Positions 1-9,957 of a stretch of 64,000 nt of DNA are shown piece by piece. Below the pieces are notes generated by a model, which was not told where the DNA came from, did no database searches, and saw only the letters and a list, made by a program, of their open reading frames with translations. The stretch spans positions 384,001-448,000 of the forward strand of contig CAWGLD010000004.1 in NCBI GenBank assembly GCA_963823335.1. The letters are read 5' to 3'. How positions within the stretch are numbered: position 1 is the first letter of the stretch; each line of letters starts with the position of its first letter. The translations under genes and the position numbers were made by a program. The stretch is from an uncultured delta proteobacterium (GTDB lineage: Bacteria; Desulfobacterota; Desulfobacteria; Desulfobacterales; B30-G6).

Positions 1-181
1 TTGACAACCATGGCGCGTGCTGTGTTTGATCGCGGTTCAGGTCGTTATTGGATGGAACAATTCCATTCTTTTTTCCATCCATCAGTACCTGCATAAAACC
101 AAAAAATTGTTCACAATCTAAATGGAATTCAGCCATTTCTAAATGATTCTGAGCACGCTAATGCTTTATTCGCCGCATCTA

Positions 182-210
182 TTGACAAAGCAAAATTCAC
201 CATATAGATA
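182..210 (+). promoter_or_regulatory. Putative sigma70 promoter of the acs operon
   Basis: TTGACA (182-187), 17-nt spacer, imperfect -10 TAGATA (205-210). Confidence 0.4.
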
Positions 211-256
211 ATATCATTCGATCAAGATTGTCATTCATATCGTTTACATGTAAATG

Positions 257-333
257 CGCTCGCTAACCCCGCAGCATGTGAAGCACTGCCGCAAGGCAGA
301 ACCTACGGGGAATGCGTTCGCTGTTGCAGTTCA
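257..333. repeat. Dispersed palindromic repeat (CCCCGCAGCA...CGGGGAAT family), partial copy
   Basis: About 66 bp with only 4 mismatches to 54641-54706; related sequence at 22076-22112. Confidence 0.85.
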
Positions 334-483
334 AAATACAGAATCAAACCTATTTTATCAGGTAACGAGACAAAAAAATCTATGAAAGGGGGTATAAAAT
401 TTCTAACGGAATCGTTTTAAAACTTTTTTACATTGAATAGTAACGATCATCCCTAACCGGTATGTTGATAAGGAGGTAAAAAA

Positions 484-2061
484 TTGGCATTCGAATTTTA
501 TAAAGAATCTTATACTGGCGGTGTAAAGGAAATCACCCTTGGCGATGGAAAAAACGCCGTTACCGTCGGTGGGGAGACATGCTATCCCTTCTATCAGTTT
601 GAAGGCGACATGCCTAACAAACCAAAAATTGCCATGGAAGTCTGGGACATGCAGCCCGAAGACTGGCCGGAAGCAGCTGTTAAACCTTTTCAGGATGTCC
701 TTTCCGACCCGGCAGCCTGGGCCAAAAAATGCATCAAGGATTTCGGAGCCGAGCTGATCGTATTACAGTTGAAAAGCATCGACCCGAATGGAAATGATGT
801 TGGCCCCGAAGAAGCTGCGGCAATGGTCAAGAAGGTTGCCGAGGCCATCGACGTCCCCCTCATCGTGTGGGGCTGTGCCAATCCGCAAAAGGATGAAGAA
901 GTATTGAAAAAAGTGGCCGAAGTCTGCCAGGATTTCAATCTCGTTATGGGCCCTGTGGAGGATAAAAACCACAAGGGCATCGGTGCGGCAGCCATGGGTT
1001 ATGGTCACACCATCATATCTTCATCTCCCATCGATGTGAATATCGCCAAGCAGATCAACATTCTTCTTGAAAACCTGGGAATGCCCATGGACCGTGTCAT
1101 CATCGATCCGACAACGGGTGGACTGGGCTATGGTCTGGAATATAGTTACTCGGTCATGGAAAGACTCCGCATGGCGGCCATGGCGCAGGGTGACGACAAA
1201 CTCCAGTTCCCGCTCATCAACAACCTGGGTAACGAAGTCTGGAAGTGTAAGGAAGCCAAATTGAGCGCCAAAGAAGTACCGACCCTGGGCGACCCTGAAC
1301 GGAGAGGCATCATGATGGAAGCTGTGGGTGCCATATCCTACCTCATGGCCGGTTCGGACATTCTCATCATGCGGCACCCGGAAGCCATCCGGATGGTCAA
1401 ATCTTATATCGACCTGCTGGTGGATGGCGGTGGCGCAGGGGATATCGCGCCCGTCAGCAAGCAGTTGGACGATGTGGACATCGATTACGCGGCGCTGGCA
1501 CCCAAGCCGGACCTGACCATTGAGGAAGAGGTCAAGAAAGCTGCACCTGCCAAGAAAGCAGCGGAAAAACCAGAAGCTGCCAAACCCGCAGAAACGAAAG
1601 AAGCGCCCAAGAAAGCGGCTCCCAAGGCAGAAGCACCCGAAAAACCGGCACCAGCCAAGGAAGCGCCTGCAGTAGACAAAAAAGCAGAGGCGGAAGCCAA
1701 GGCCAAAGCCGAAGCAGACGCCAAAGCCAAGGCAGATGCGGACGCTAAGACCAAGGCCGAAGCAGATGCCAAGGCCAAGGCGGATGCCGAAACCAAAGCC
1801 AAAGCGGATGCCGAAGCCAAGGCCCAGGCAGATGCGGACGCCAATAAAAAAGCCGCTGCAGACGCCAAGGCCAAACGCGAAGCCGACGAAGATGCACTGC
1901 GTCAGAAACGCGCCGCCGAGCGCGAAGCTCTCGCCGCCAAACACGCACCATCAGCAGCCGGTGAGAAAATTTCCATGACACCCGCATCCGTGCAGAAATC
2001 CGAGCTTGAAAAAATGCTGGATAGACTCGACTGGGTCCACCGGCGGGTGAAACTGTATTAA
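484..2061 (+). CDS. acsD: Corrinoid Fe-S protein small subunit (CODH/ACS delta) with long Ala/Lys-rich C-terminal extension
   Basis: CdhD-type motifs (VGGETCYPFYQFEG, DPTTGGLGYGLEYSYSVMERLR, IMRHP); AAGGAGG RBS, TTG start; acs operon context. Confidence 0.95.
   Translation: MAFEFYKESYTGGVKEITLGDGKNAVTVGGETCYPFYQFEGDMPNKPKIAMEVWDMQPEDWPEAAVKPFQDVLSDPAAWAKKCIKDFGAELIVLQLKSIDPNGNDVGPEEAAAMVKKVAEAIDVPLIVWGCANPQKDEEVLKKVAEVCQDFNLVMGPVEDKNHKGIGAAAMGYGHTIISSSPIDVNIAKQINILLENLGMPMDRVIIDPTTGGLGYGLEYSYSVMERLRMAAMAQGDDKLQFPLINNLGNEVWKCKEAKLSAKEVPTLGDPERRGIMMEAVGAISYLMAGSDILIMRHPEAIRMVKSYIDLLVDGGGAGDIAPVSKQLDDVDIDYAALAPKPDLTIEEEVKKAAPAKKAAEKPEAAKPAETKEAPKKAAPKAEAPEKPAPAKEAPAVDKKAEAEAKAKAEADAKAKADADAKTKAEADAKAKADAETKAKADAEAKAQADADANKKAAADAKAKREADEDALRQKRAAEREALAAKHAPSAAGEKISMTPASVQKSELEKMLDRLDWVHRRVKLY
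1690..1880 (+). repeat. Intragenic ~24-nt tandem repeat encoding (A-E/D-A-D-A-K-A-K)n
   Basis: Repeated GCCAAGGCCAAAGCCGAAGCAGAC-like units; protein AKAEADAKAKADADAKTKAEADAK. Confidence 0.85.
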
Positions 2062-2135
2062 TCAATAAAAATGCCGCTAAGTAATATCCGATACCGGCAT
2101 AAAATCTAATTTATACTTCCGAGGAGGAACCTCTA

Positions 2136-4163
2136 ATGGCAGAAATAACCAAAGCTAAGGTAGCCAAAGAACCGAAATTGGCTGATCCGAAAATGGCAAG
2201 CATCGATGTTGCCAGCCAGGAAATGATCGCCCGTGCCCAGCAACTGGGTGTCGAAACGGTTTTCGACCGGGCGGTAAAAATGAAACCCTGTAACATCGGC
2301 ATTCAGGGAATCTGTTGTAAAAATTGTGCCATGGGCCCCTGCCGTCTACCACTCCCCAAGGGTGGCATCGAAGGTGAGGACGAAAGAAAAGGCCTGTGTG
2401 GTGCAACCCCGAATACCATTGCCGCACGTAACTTTGCCCGGATGGTCGCTGCCGGCGCGGCCGCCCACTCCGACCATGGCCGCGCTGTGGCCGAGGTCTT
2501 CAGATCTGCAGCCCGCAAAGAAACCGATGACTATAAGATTAAAGATACCGCCCGTCTGCTTGACATCGCCCCGCACCTGGGCGTTGCCATCAAGGTTGAG
2601 GTGGATGGTAAACAACAAGACAGGGACATCGATGAGATCGCCCTTGAAGTGGCTGAAGCCGCAATGAACGAGTGGGGCAAACCCGAAGGCGAGCTTCTTT
2701 ATGCCAAGAGAGCACCGGCGCCCCTTTATGAAAAATGGAAGAAAAACGGAGTTATCCCTCGAAATATCGACCGGGAAATCGTCGAGATCATGCACCGCAC
2801 CCACATGGGTGTCGACCAGGATTACAAAAACCTCGTCAAACAGTGCACCCGGGCATCCTTGGCCGATGGCTGGGGGGGCTCCATGCTGGCCACGGATCTT
2901 CAGGATATCATGTTCGGGACACCCTACCCCCTGCAGTCCGAAGCCAATATCGGCATCATGAAAGAAGATCATGTCAACGTCATCGTCCACGGCCACGAAC
3001 CGGTCCTGTCCGAAATGATCGTGGCCGCGTCTCAGACCAAAGAAATGCTGGACTACGCCAAATCAAAAGGCGCCAACGGCATTCAGCTGGGGGGCATCTG
3101 CTGCACGGCCAATGAAATACTGCAGCGTCACGGCGTACCACCGGCCGGCAACTTTCTGCAGCAGGAACTCGTCATCGTCACCGGCGCCTGCGATGCCATG
3201 GTGGTTGATGTCCAGTGTATCTTCCAGAACCTGGCCAATGTGGCAAAATGTTTTCACACCAAGCTCATCACCACCCACCCCATTGCCAAGATGGAGCAGG
3301 ACAACGTCATTCACATCGAATTTGACGAGCACCATGCACTGGAAGATGCCAAGCGGATTCTCCGATTGGCCATCGACAACTTTAAAAATCGTGCCACCGA
3401 GGTCATGATACCCAAGCATAAAGCCACCCAGATTGCCGGTTTCGGTGTTGAATCCATAAAATACCACCTGGGCGGCACTTTTCGCGGCACCTACTACACC
3501 CTGAACGACAACATCATCAATGGACGCATCCGAGGTCTCGCCGGTGTTGTGGGATGCAACAATGCGCGTTCCCAGCATAACAACGAGTGCATCACCATTA
3601 TCAAGGAACTGATCAAGAACGATGTCCTCGTTCTGACCACCGGCTGCAATGCCATCGCCTGTGCTACGCATGGGCTGCTGACCCCGGAAACCGCTGCGGT
3701 ATATTGCGGGCCCGGCCTGGCCGAGGTGTGCGAGACCGTGGGTATTCCACCGGTTCTGCACCTGGGTTCCTGTGTGGACAATAGCCGGATTCTCCTGGCA
3801 GCCACCGAGGTCGTCAAGGCCGGTGGACTGGGAAATGACATCAGTGATCTGCCTGCTGCAGGCAGCGCTCCGGAGTGGATGAGTGAAAAGGCCATTTCCA
3901 TCGGTCAATATTTTGTCTCTTCCGGTGTCTACACCGTTTTTGGCGGTGTTCTGCAGGTTAATGGTGCGCCTGTGTTCCAGGATTACCTGTTCAATGAGCT
4001 GGAAAAGGTTTACGGCGGCATGTGGGATATGTATACAAACCCCATGGATCATGCGCATGCCATGATCGCCCATATCGACAAAAAGCGTAAGGCACTCGGC
4101 ATCGATAAAGCCAGAGACAGGGTACTTATGGATATGGCAGACCGTCAGGCACTCGAGGCATAA
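2136..4163 (+). CDS. cooS: Anaerobic Ni-Fe carbon monoxide dehydrogenase catalytic subunit
   Basis: CCKNCAMGPC, HGHEP, CCTANE, GCNN, GSCVDNSR and EWMSEKA cluster-ligand motifs. Confidence 0.97.
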   Translation: MAEITKAKVAKEPKLADPKMASIDVASQEMIARAQQLGVETVFDRAVKMKPCNIGIQGICCKNCAMGPCRLPLPKGGIEGEDERKGLCGATPNTIAARNFARMVAAGAAAHSDHGRAVAEVFRSAARKETDDYKIKDTARLLDIAPHLGVAIKVEVDGKQQDRDIDEIALEVAEAAMNEWGKPEGELLYAKRAPAPLYEKWKKNGVIPRNIDREIVEIMHRTHMGVDQDYKNLVKQCTRASLADGWGGSMLATDLQDIMFGTPYPLQSEANIGIMKEDHVNVIVHGHEPVLSEMIVAASQTKEMLDYAKSKGANGIQLGGICCTANEILQRHGVPPAGNFLQQELVIVTGACDAMVVDVQCIFQNLANVAKCFHTKLITTHPIAKMEQDNVIHIEFDEHHALEDAKRILRLAIDNFKNRATEVMIPKHKATQIAGFGVESIKYHLGGTFRGTYYTLNDNIINGRIRGLAGVVGCNNARSQHNNECITIIKELIKNDVLVLTTGCNAIACATHGLLTPETAAVYCGPGLAEVCETVGIPPVLHLGSCVDNSRILLAATEVVKAGGLGNDISDLPAAGSAPEWMSEKAISIGQYFVSSGVYTVFGGVLQVNGAPVFQDYLFNELEKVYGGMWDMYTNPMDHAHAMIAHIDKKRKALGIDKARDRVLMDMADRQALEA

Positions 4164-4194
4164 GTCTGATTCAGGATAATAAAGGAGGAACAAT

Positions 4195-6408
4195 ATGTCT
4201 AAGTTAGTCGCATTTGCCGCCATACAGGGTGGTTATAAAGTTGTCTCAACGGCTGAAGGCCAGTTTAAAAACGCACTGGCAACATTCAATGCCGATTCCA
4301 AGATCGAATTCCCCAACACCGGTTACTACCTGCCGGTGATTTATTCACTGACCGGTATGAAAGTCGAAACCCTGGAAGACCTCAAGAAGCCCCTTGAATT
4401 TGCGCGCGGCCTGCTGCCGCCGCATGTCAAAGGTAAAAATCATCTGCCGTACCTCGGTCCTCTCCTGGATGCAGGCATGGCCGCCATTTTTTCCTATGAA
4501 ATTCTGGAGGCCCTGCGTATCCTGCGGGAACCGGACTATTACCTGCCCCAGGAAGATCCTGACATCGATGCGGGCAAGCTCTGGGTCGGCCCTGCCGATG
4601 ATATCATTCTCCGCAAACGGGGCGTGGAGTTCGTGGATGGTACCGCGCCCGGGTTTGCCGCGGTTGTCGGCGCTTGTCCGGACCCCGAAACCGCCAAGAT
4701 GATCGTGGAGGACTATCAGAAGAAGAACCTCTACATTTTCTGTGCCGCCCATCACAACGGCACATCGGTCATCGAGCAACTCATCGAGGCCGGTGTCCAG
4801 GTAGGCTGGAGCACCCGTATCGTTCCCTTTGGCCCGGATATTTCATCGGCCGTGTTCGCTCTGGGTTTTGCCAACCGGGCAGCCATGGCCTTTGGTGGTG
4901 TCCAGCCGGGCGATTATAAAAAAATTCTGCACTACAACAAGGACAGGGTCTTTGCCTTTGTCAACGCTTTCGGCGATATCGGCACCGAGTGGGGTGTCGC
5001 GGCCGCCGGCTGTGTCAACTGGGGTTTCCCGACCCTGGCCGACACCGATATTCCGGAAATTCTCCCCACCGGTATCTGTACCTACGAACACGTGGTGGCC
5101 AACGTGCCTCACGACGAAATCTGCCAGAGATCGGTGGAGGTCCGGGGTCTCAAGGTAACCGTTTCCGAAATCGACATCCCCTGTTCCTTTGGACCGGCCT
5201 TTGAAGGCGAGCGAGTCCGGGGGGCCGACCTTTACTGCCAGATGGGCGGCGGCAAGACTCAGGCCACCGAGCTGGTGAAAATGGCGGACATGAAAGAAAT
5301 CGAAGATGCCAAGGTGATCGTTGACGGACCGGATATCGGAGATATTAAAGAAGGTGAAACCCTGCCCCTGGGGATCTTTGTCCAGGTGGCCGGTCGTGAA
5401 ATGCAGACCGATTTCGAACCGATCCTGGAACGTCAGATCCATCACCTGATCAACTACATCCAGGGTATCATGCACATCGGACAGCGGGATATCGCCTGGA
5501 TCCGCGTGGGCAAGGCTGCCATTGAAAAGGGCTTCACCATCAAGGATATCGGTGTGGTCCTGCACGCCAAGTTCCACCAGGACTTCGGCAAGATTCTCGA
5601 CAAGGTGCAGGTTACCCTGATCACCGACAAGAAAAAGGTCGACGCCCTGACCAAAACAGCCCGGGCCGAATACAAGACCAGGGATGAGCGGGTCGAGAAG
5701 ATGACAGACGAAGATGTGGAAACCTACTATTCCTGTACGCTCTGCCAGTCATTTGCACCCACCCATGTCTGCTCTGTCAGCCCCGAAAGAACAGGTCTCT
5801 GCGGTGCCTACAACTGGATGGACTGCAAGGCCTCCTTCGAGATCAACCCCACCGGCCCGAATCAACCCATTGAAAAGGGTGAATGTATCGATCCGGTTCT
5901 GGGCCAGTGGAAAGGTGTCAATGAATTCGTCAACAAGGCCTCCAGGGGCGCGGTCACACATTACAATTTCTATTCCATGGTGATCGATCCCATGACAACC
6001 TGCGGGTGCTGTGAGTGTATCGCGGCCATGCTGCCCTCCTGTAACGGTGTCATGACCGTAGGACGGGATTACACCGGTGATACACCCTGCGGCATGAAGT
6101 TCACGACCCTTGCCGGTGTCATGGGAGGTGGTGCGTCATCACCTGGGTTTGTGGGTCACTCCAAGTTCAACATCACCCAGGGGAAATTCATCAAGGGTGA
6201 CGGCGGACTGCTGCGGGTGGTCTGGATGCCCAAGGTCCTCAAAGAGGAGATCAAGGAACGTCTGGAAAAGGTCGGCAAGGCCATGGGTGTTCCAGATCTG
6301 TATGACAAAATTGCGGATGAAACCGTAGGCGTTACCGAAGAAGAGATCCTGCCATGGCTCGAAGAAAAAGGCCACCCGGCACTCAAGATGGATCCGATCA
6401 TCGGATAA
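4195..6408 (+). CDS. acsB: Acetyl-CoA synthase
   Basis: CTLCQSFAPTHVC, ERTGLCGAY, PMTTCGCCEC and TPCGMKF A-cluster motifs. Confidence 0.97.
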   Translation: MSKLVAFAAIQGGYKVVSTAEGQFKNALATFNADSKIEFPNTGYYLPVIYSLTGMKVETLEDLKKPLEFARGLLPPHVKGKNHLPYLGPLLDAGMAAIFSYEILEALRILREPDYYLPQEDPDIDAGKLWVGPADDIILRKRGVEFVDGTAPGFAAVVGACPDPETAKMIVEDYQKKNLYIFCAAHHNGTSVIEQLIEAGVQVGWSTRIVPFGPDISSAVFALGFANRAAMAFGGVQPGDYKKILHYNKDRVFAFVNAFGDIGTEWGVAAAGCVNWGFPTLADTDIPEILPTGICTYEHVVANVPHDEICQRSVEVRGLKVTVSEIDIPCSFGPAFEGERVRGADLYCQMGGGKTQATELVKMADMKEIEDAKVIVDGPDIGDIKEGETLPLGIFVQVAGREMQTDFEPILERQIHHLINYIQGIMHIGQRDIAWIRVGKAAIEKGFTIKDIGVVLHAKFHQDFGKILDKVQVTLITDKKKVDALTKTARAEYKTRDERVEKMTDEDVETYYSCTLCQSFAPTHVCSVSPERTGLCGAYNWMDCKASFEINPTGPNQPIEKGECIDPVLGQWKGVNEFVNKASRGAVTHYNFYSMVIDPMTTCGCCECIAAMLPSCNGVMTVGRDYTGDTPCGMKFTTLAGVMGGGASSPGFVGHSKFNITQGKFIKGDGGLLRVVWMPKVLKEEIKERLEKVGKAMGVPDLYDKIADETVGVTEEEILPWLEEKGHPALKMDPIIG

Positions 6409-6422
6409 TTTAGAATTCGGCA

Positions 6423-6450
6423 GGGAGCGGTTTGTCTTTCCGCTCCCTTT
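6423..6450 (+). terminator. Stem-loop between acsB and acsC (terminator or processing site)
   Basis: GGGAGCGG...CCGCTCCC followed by TTT. Confidence 0.45.
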
Positions 6451-6525
6451 GCCCCGCCTTGAAACGATCATCCATGTTGATTCAAAAAATGAATTCTAAA
6501 TATAGATATAGATAAGGAGACAAAA

Positions 6526-7866
6526 ATGGCATTAACCGGTATTCAGATTTTTAAACTCCTGCCGAAAACCAACTGTAAGGAATGCGGCGTCCCCACCTGC
6601 CTTGCCTTTGCCATGAACCTGGCGTCCGGTAAAGCAGAACTCGACAGCTGCCCCTATGTATCGGATGAAGCAAAGGAACAGCTGGCAGAGGCTTCCGCTC
6701 CGCCCATCCGTCCCGTAAAAATCGGAAAAGGCGTCAGAGCCTTCACCACCGGCGGCGAAACCGTACAGTATCGACATGAAAAAACATTTTACAACCAGAC
6801 AACCCTCGCTGCACTGGTCGGTTCCGACATCTCGGATGCTGATCTTGCGGCCAAGCTGACAACCTGGAACGCATTTCAGTTTGAACGCGTGGGACTGAAT
6901 CTCAGACCCGAATTGGTGGCCTTAAAAGACGCCGGTGGCGATGCAGCCGCATTTGCCGCCAAAGCCAAGATCATCGCAGAGACATCGGAGTTCAATCTCG
7001 TACTGATGTCCGACAGCGCGGAAGCCATGAAAGCCGCCATCGACGTGGCCGGGTTCAAACGGCCCCTGCTGTATGCTGCCACCGAAGCCAATCTGGAGGC
7101 CTACGGAGAAATGGCCAAGGCAGCAGACCTGCCCCTGGCGGTCAAGGCCGATTCGGTGGAAGCCCTTATTCCGTTGACAGAAAAGCTGACGGAAATGGGA
7201 CTCAAAGATATCGTCATCGATCCGGGTTCGCGGGAGATCAAAAAAGCCCTGGAAGACCAGATCATCATCCGGCGGGCCGCCCTCAAAAACGGCAACCGGA
7301 TGATCGGGTTTCCCACCATCAACTTCCCTTGTGAAATGGCCTCGAACCTGGACATGGAAACCCTCATCGCCGGCATGTTTATCGCAAAGTACGGCGGCAT
7401 TGTGGTCCTCTCCGACTTCTCCGGTGATACACTCTTTCCGCTGCTTCTGGAACGGCTCAATATCTATACGGATCCACAGCGCCCAATGACCGTCACCGAG
7501 GGAATTTACGAGGTCAACAACCCGGATGAAAACTCACCCGTACTGGTGACCACCAACTTTGCCCTGACCTATTTTATTGTGTCAGGCGAGATCGAAGGCA
7601 GCAGGGTACCTGCCTATCTGCTCATCAAAGACTCCGAAGGTCTGTCGGTCATGACGGCCTGGGCTGCCGGAAAATTTGCCGGCGACGATGTCGGCATGTT
7701 CGTCAAGAAAAGCGGCATCATGGATAAAGTCAAGCATACGGAACTGATTATCCCTGGCTACGCTGCCGCCATCGCCGGTGATGTCGAGGAAGAACTTCCC
7801 GGTTGGACGATTACGGTTGGACCCAGGGAAGCAGCACACATCCCGGGTTTTTTGAAGTCCAGATAG
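6526..7866 (+). CDS. acsC: Corrinoid Fe-S protein large subunit (CODH/ACS gamma)
   Basis: N-terminal LPKTNCKECGVPTCLAFA...CP 4Fe-4S motif; VLVTTNFALTYF; GLSVMTAWAAGKF. Confidence 0.97.
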   Translation: MALTGIQIFKLLPKTNCKECGVPTCLAFAMNLASGKAELDSCPYVSDEAKEQLAEASAPPIRPVKIGKGVRAFTTGGETVQYRHEKTFYNQTTLAALVGSDISDADLAAKLTTWNAFQFERVGLNLRPELVALKDAGGDAAAFAAKAKIIAETSEFNLVLMSDSAEAMKAAIDVAGFKRPLLYAATEANLEAYGEMAKAADLPLAVKADSVEALIPLTEKLTEMGLKDIVIDPGSREIKKALEDQIIIRRAALKNGNRMIGFPTINFPCEMASNLDMETLIAGMFIAKYGGIVVLSDFSGDTLFPLLLERLNIYTDPQRPMTVTEGIYEVNNPDENSPVLVTTNFALTYFIVSGEIEGSRVPAYLLIKDSEGLSVMTAWAAGKFAGDDVGMFVKKSGIMDKVKHTELIIPGYAAAIAGDVEEELPGWTITVGPREAAHIPGFLKSR

Positions 7867-7952
7867 TTGAAGAACATTCTCCGGGAATCACCCTTTGAAC
7901 AGCGGACCGCCAACAGGTTTCGCTTCAGAACAACCACAAGCAGGGAGGTCAT

Positions 7953-8834
7953 ATGTTTCTCATAGGTGAAAGCTTAAACGTAATTTCCCAGAAGATCGGT
8001 CGCGCATACAAGGAGCGCGATCCCAAACCGATCCAGGAGGAAGCCCTTTTTCAGAAAGAAAAGGGAATGGATTATATCGATATCAACCTGGGACCGGCCA
8101 AGAAAGACGGTCCCGAATTGATGCCCTGGGTGGTAGAAGTGGTCCAGGAAGTTGTGGATGATGTGCCCCTGGCCCTCGACACATCCAATGTCGATGCCAT
8201 AGAGGCTGCCATCAAGGTCTGCAAACTGCCGCCGCTCATTAACTCCATCATGGTACGACCGGAAAGATATGAGCGGATGGTGCCCATTGCCGCCGAAAAC
8301 AATTGCGACTTTATAGCACTCATGTGGGGTCCAGATGGTCTTCCCCGCGATGAAAACGAGCGTGCGGCACTCTGTGTCGAGCTGGTCTACTTTGCCAACG
8401 AGGCCGGTATACCCAATGAAAAGATATGGGTAGACGGTATTGTCACACCCGTGAATATCCAGCAACCCCAGGCCATAAGTCTCATGGACTTCCAGGGCAT
8501 GCTCCAGGATATGGCCCCGGGTGTCAAAAGCACCTGCGGTCTTTCCAACATTTCCAACGGACCGCCGATTCACCTGCGCCCGATCCTGAATCAGACCTAC
8601 ATGGTCATGCTCCAGAAATACGGCATGTACTCAGTAATCGCCGATCCCCTGGATGATCTCCTCATCGACATCGCCAAGGGAAACCGTCAGGATATCGTCG
8701 ACCTGATTTACGGTATCATGGATGGTAATGACCCGGATATGGGCAGTCTCTCCAAGGAAATGCAGGATTTTGCCAAGACTACCAATGTTATCCTGGGCAA
8801 ATCCCTCTACTCGGATTCCTGGCTCGACGTCTAA
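7953..8834 (+). CDS. acsE: Methyltetrahydrofolate:corrinoid Fe-S protein methyltransferase
   Basis: Pterin-binding barrel motifs (IGESLN, YIDIN, LALDT, INS, CGLSNISNG); last gene of acs operon. Confidence 0.9.
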   Translation: MFLIGESLNVISQKIGRAYKERDPKPIQEEALFQKEKGMDYIDINLGPAKKDGPELMPWVVEVVQEVVDDVPLALDTSNVDAIEAAIKVCKLPPLINSIMVRPERYERMVPIAAENNCDFIALMWGPDGLPRDENERAALCVELVYFANEAGIPNEKIWVDGIVTPVNIQQPQAISLMDFQGMLQDMAPGVKSTCGLSNISNGPPIHLRPILNQTYMVMLQKYGMYSVIADPLDDLLIDIAKGNRQDIVDLIYGIMDGNDPDMGSLSKEMQDFAKTTNVILGKSLYSDSWLDV

Positions 8835-8853
8835 TCTTCGAAATTATTTGTGC

Positions 8854-8891
8854 AAAAAAAAGGCCCCTCTGAAGTAGAGGGGCCTTTTTTT
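8854..8891. terminator. Intrinsic, bidirectional-type terminator after acsE
   Basis: A-tract, GGCCCCTCT-GAAGT-AGAGGGGCC, T-tract. Confidence 0.85.
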
Positions 8892-8912
8892 ATAATTTAA
8901 GGAGAAATATTC

Positions 8913-9941
8913 ATGATACCCACCATACTTCAGACAACCATTGCCGGAAGCATGCCCAAACCAGCCTGGCTTGCCGAACCACTCAAATTATGGGCACCCT
9001 GGAGACTTGAGGGCCAAGATCTGGAAGAAGCCCAACGTGATGCGGTTCGACTGGTTTTGCAGGACCAGGAAAAAGCCGGTATCGACATCGTCAGCGATGG
9101 AGAACAGACACGTCGGCATTTCGTTACCACATTTATCCAACACCTGGCTGGCATCGATTTCGAAAAATCCCGAACCATCAGGATCCGCGACAGATATGAT
9201 GCCGATGTCCCCGTGGTTAACGGTCCGGTGATGCGCACAACGCCGGTATATGTCAAAGATGCCCGGTTTCTTCGCGCTGAAACCGGGCATCAGGTGAAGT
9301 ATACCCTGCCCGGCCCCATGACCATGGTCGATACACTCTTTGACGACTATTACCACAGCCGTGAAAAACTTGCCTGGGAGTTTGCGAAAATTCTGAACCA
9401 GGAAGCACACGAAATAGCCGACGCCGGTATTGACGTCATCCAGTTCGATGAACCGGCCTTTAATGTTTTCTTTGATGAAGTTCGTGATTGGGGAATAAAA
9501 ACCCTCGAACGTGCCGCCCAGGGTCTGTCCTGCAAAACTGCCGTTCACATCTGCTATGGGTACGGTATCAAGCAAAACACCGACTGGAAAGCAACCCTGG
9601 GATTGGAGTGGCGCCAATACGAAAACACATTTCCTTTGCTGCAGGCCTCAAGTATCGATCAGGTATCCCTGGAATGCCACAACTCGAAAGTTCCCATGGC
9701 ACTAATAGATCTTTTAAAAGGCAAGGACGTGCTGGTGGGAGCCATCGATGTGACCACCAACCAGATTGAAACGCCCCAGAGTGTTGCCGCCACTATCCGT
9801 GAAGCACTTGCCTATGTGGCACCGGAGAAACTGTATCCCTGCACCAACTGCGGCATGGTACCGCTTCCCCGGAAAGTCGCCGTGGATAAACTAAAAGCTC
9901 TCGCCGCCGGCGCCGCCCTCATAAGAGAGGAATTGGCCTAG
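8913..9941 (+). CDS. Core (catalytic-domain-only) cobalamin-independent methionine synthase, MesD/PRK09121-like
   Basis: 342 aa; GSMPKPAWL, DGEQTRRHFVTTF, LPGPMT, IQFDEP; Zn ligands in HICYG, LEC and TNCGM; no N-terminal folate-binding barrel. Confidence 0.88.
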   Translation: MIPTILQTTIAGSMPKPAWLAEPLKLWAPWRLEGQDLEEAQRDAVRLVLQDQEKAGIDIVSDGEQTRRHFVTTFIQHLAGIDFEKSRTIRIRDRYDADVPVVNGPVMRTTPVYVKDARFLRAETGHQVKYTLPGPMTMVDTLFDDYYHSREKLAWEFAKILNQEAHEIADAGIDVIQFDEPAFNVFFDEVRDWGIKTLERAAQGLSCKTAVHICYGYGIKQNTDWKATLGLEWRQYENTFPLLQASSIDQVSLECHNSKVPMALIDLLKGKDVLVGAIDVTTNQIETPQSVAATIREALAYVAPEKLYPCTNCGMVPLPRKVAVDKLKALAAGAALIREELA

Positions 9942-9957
9942 GTTCGTTAGAGTCAAA

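Noticed and set aside
257-333. Riboswitch in the acs leader
   Set aside because: A near-identical copy lies in an unrelated convergent spacer, and no known aptamer consensus was recognised
1021-1944. Antisense Gly/Phe-rich and Ala/Ser-rich ORFs
   Set aside because: Shadows of the acsD repeat region
8835-8912. SAM or cobalamin riboswitch before the methionine synthase
   Set aside because: Only 78 bp, mostly terminator and RBS
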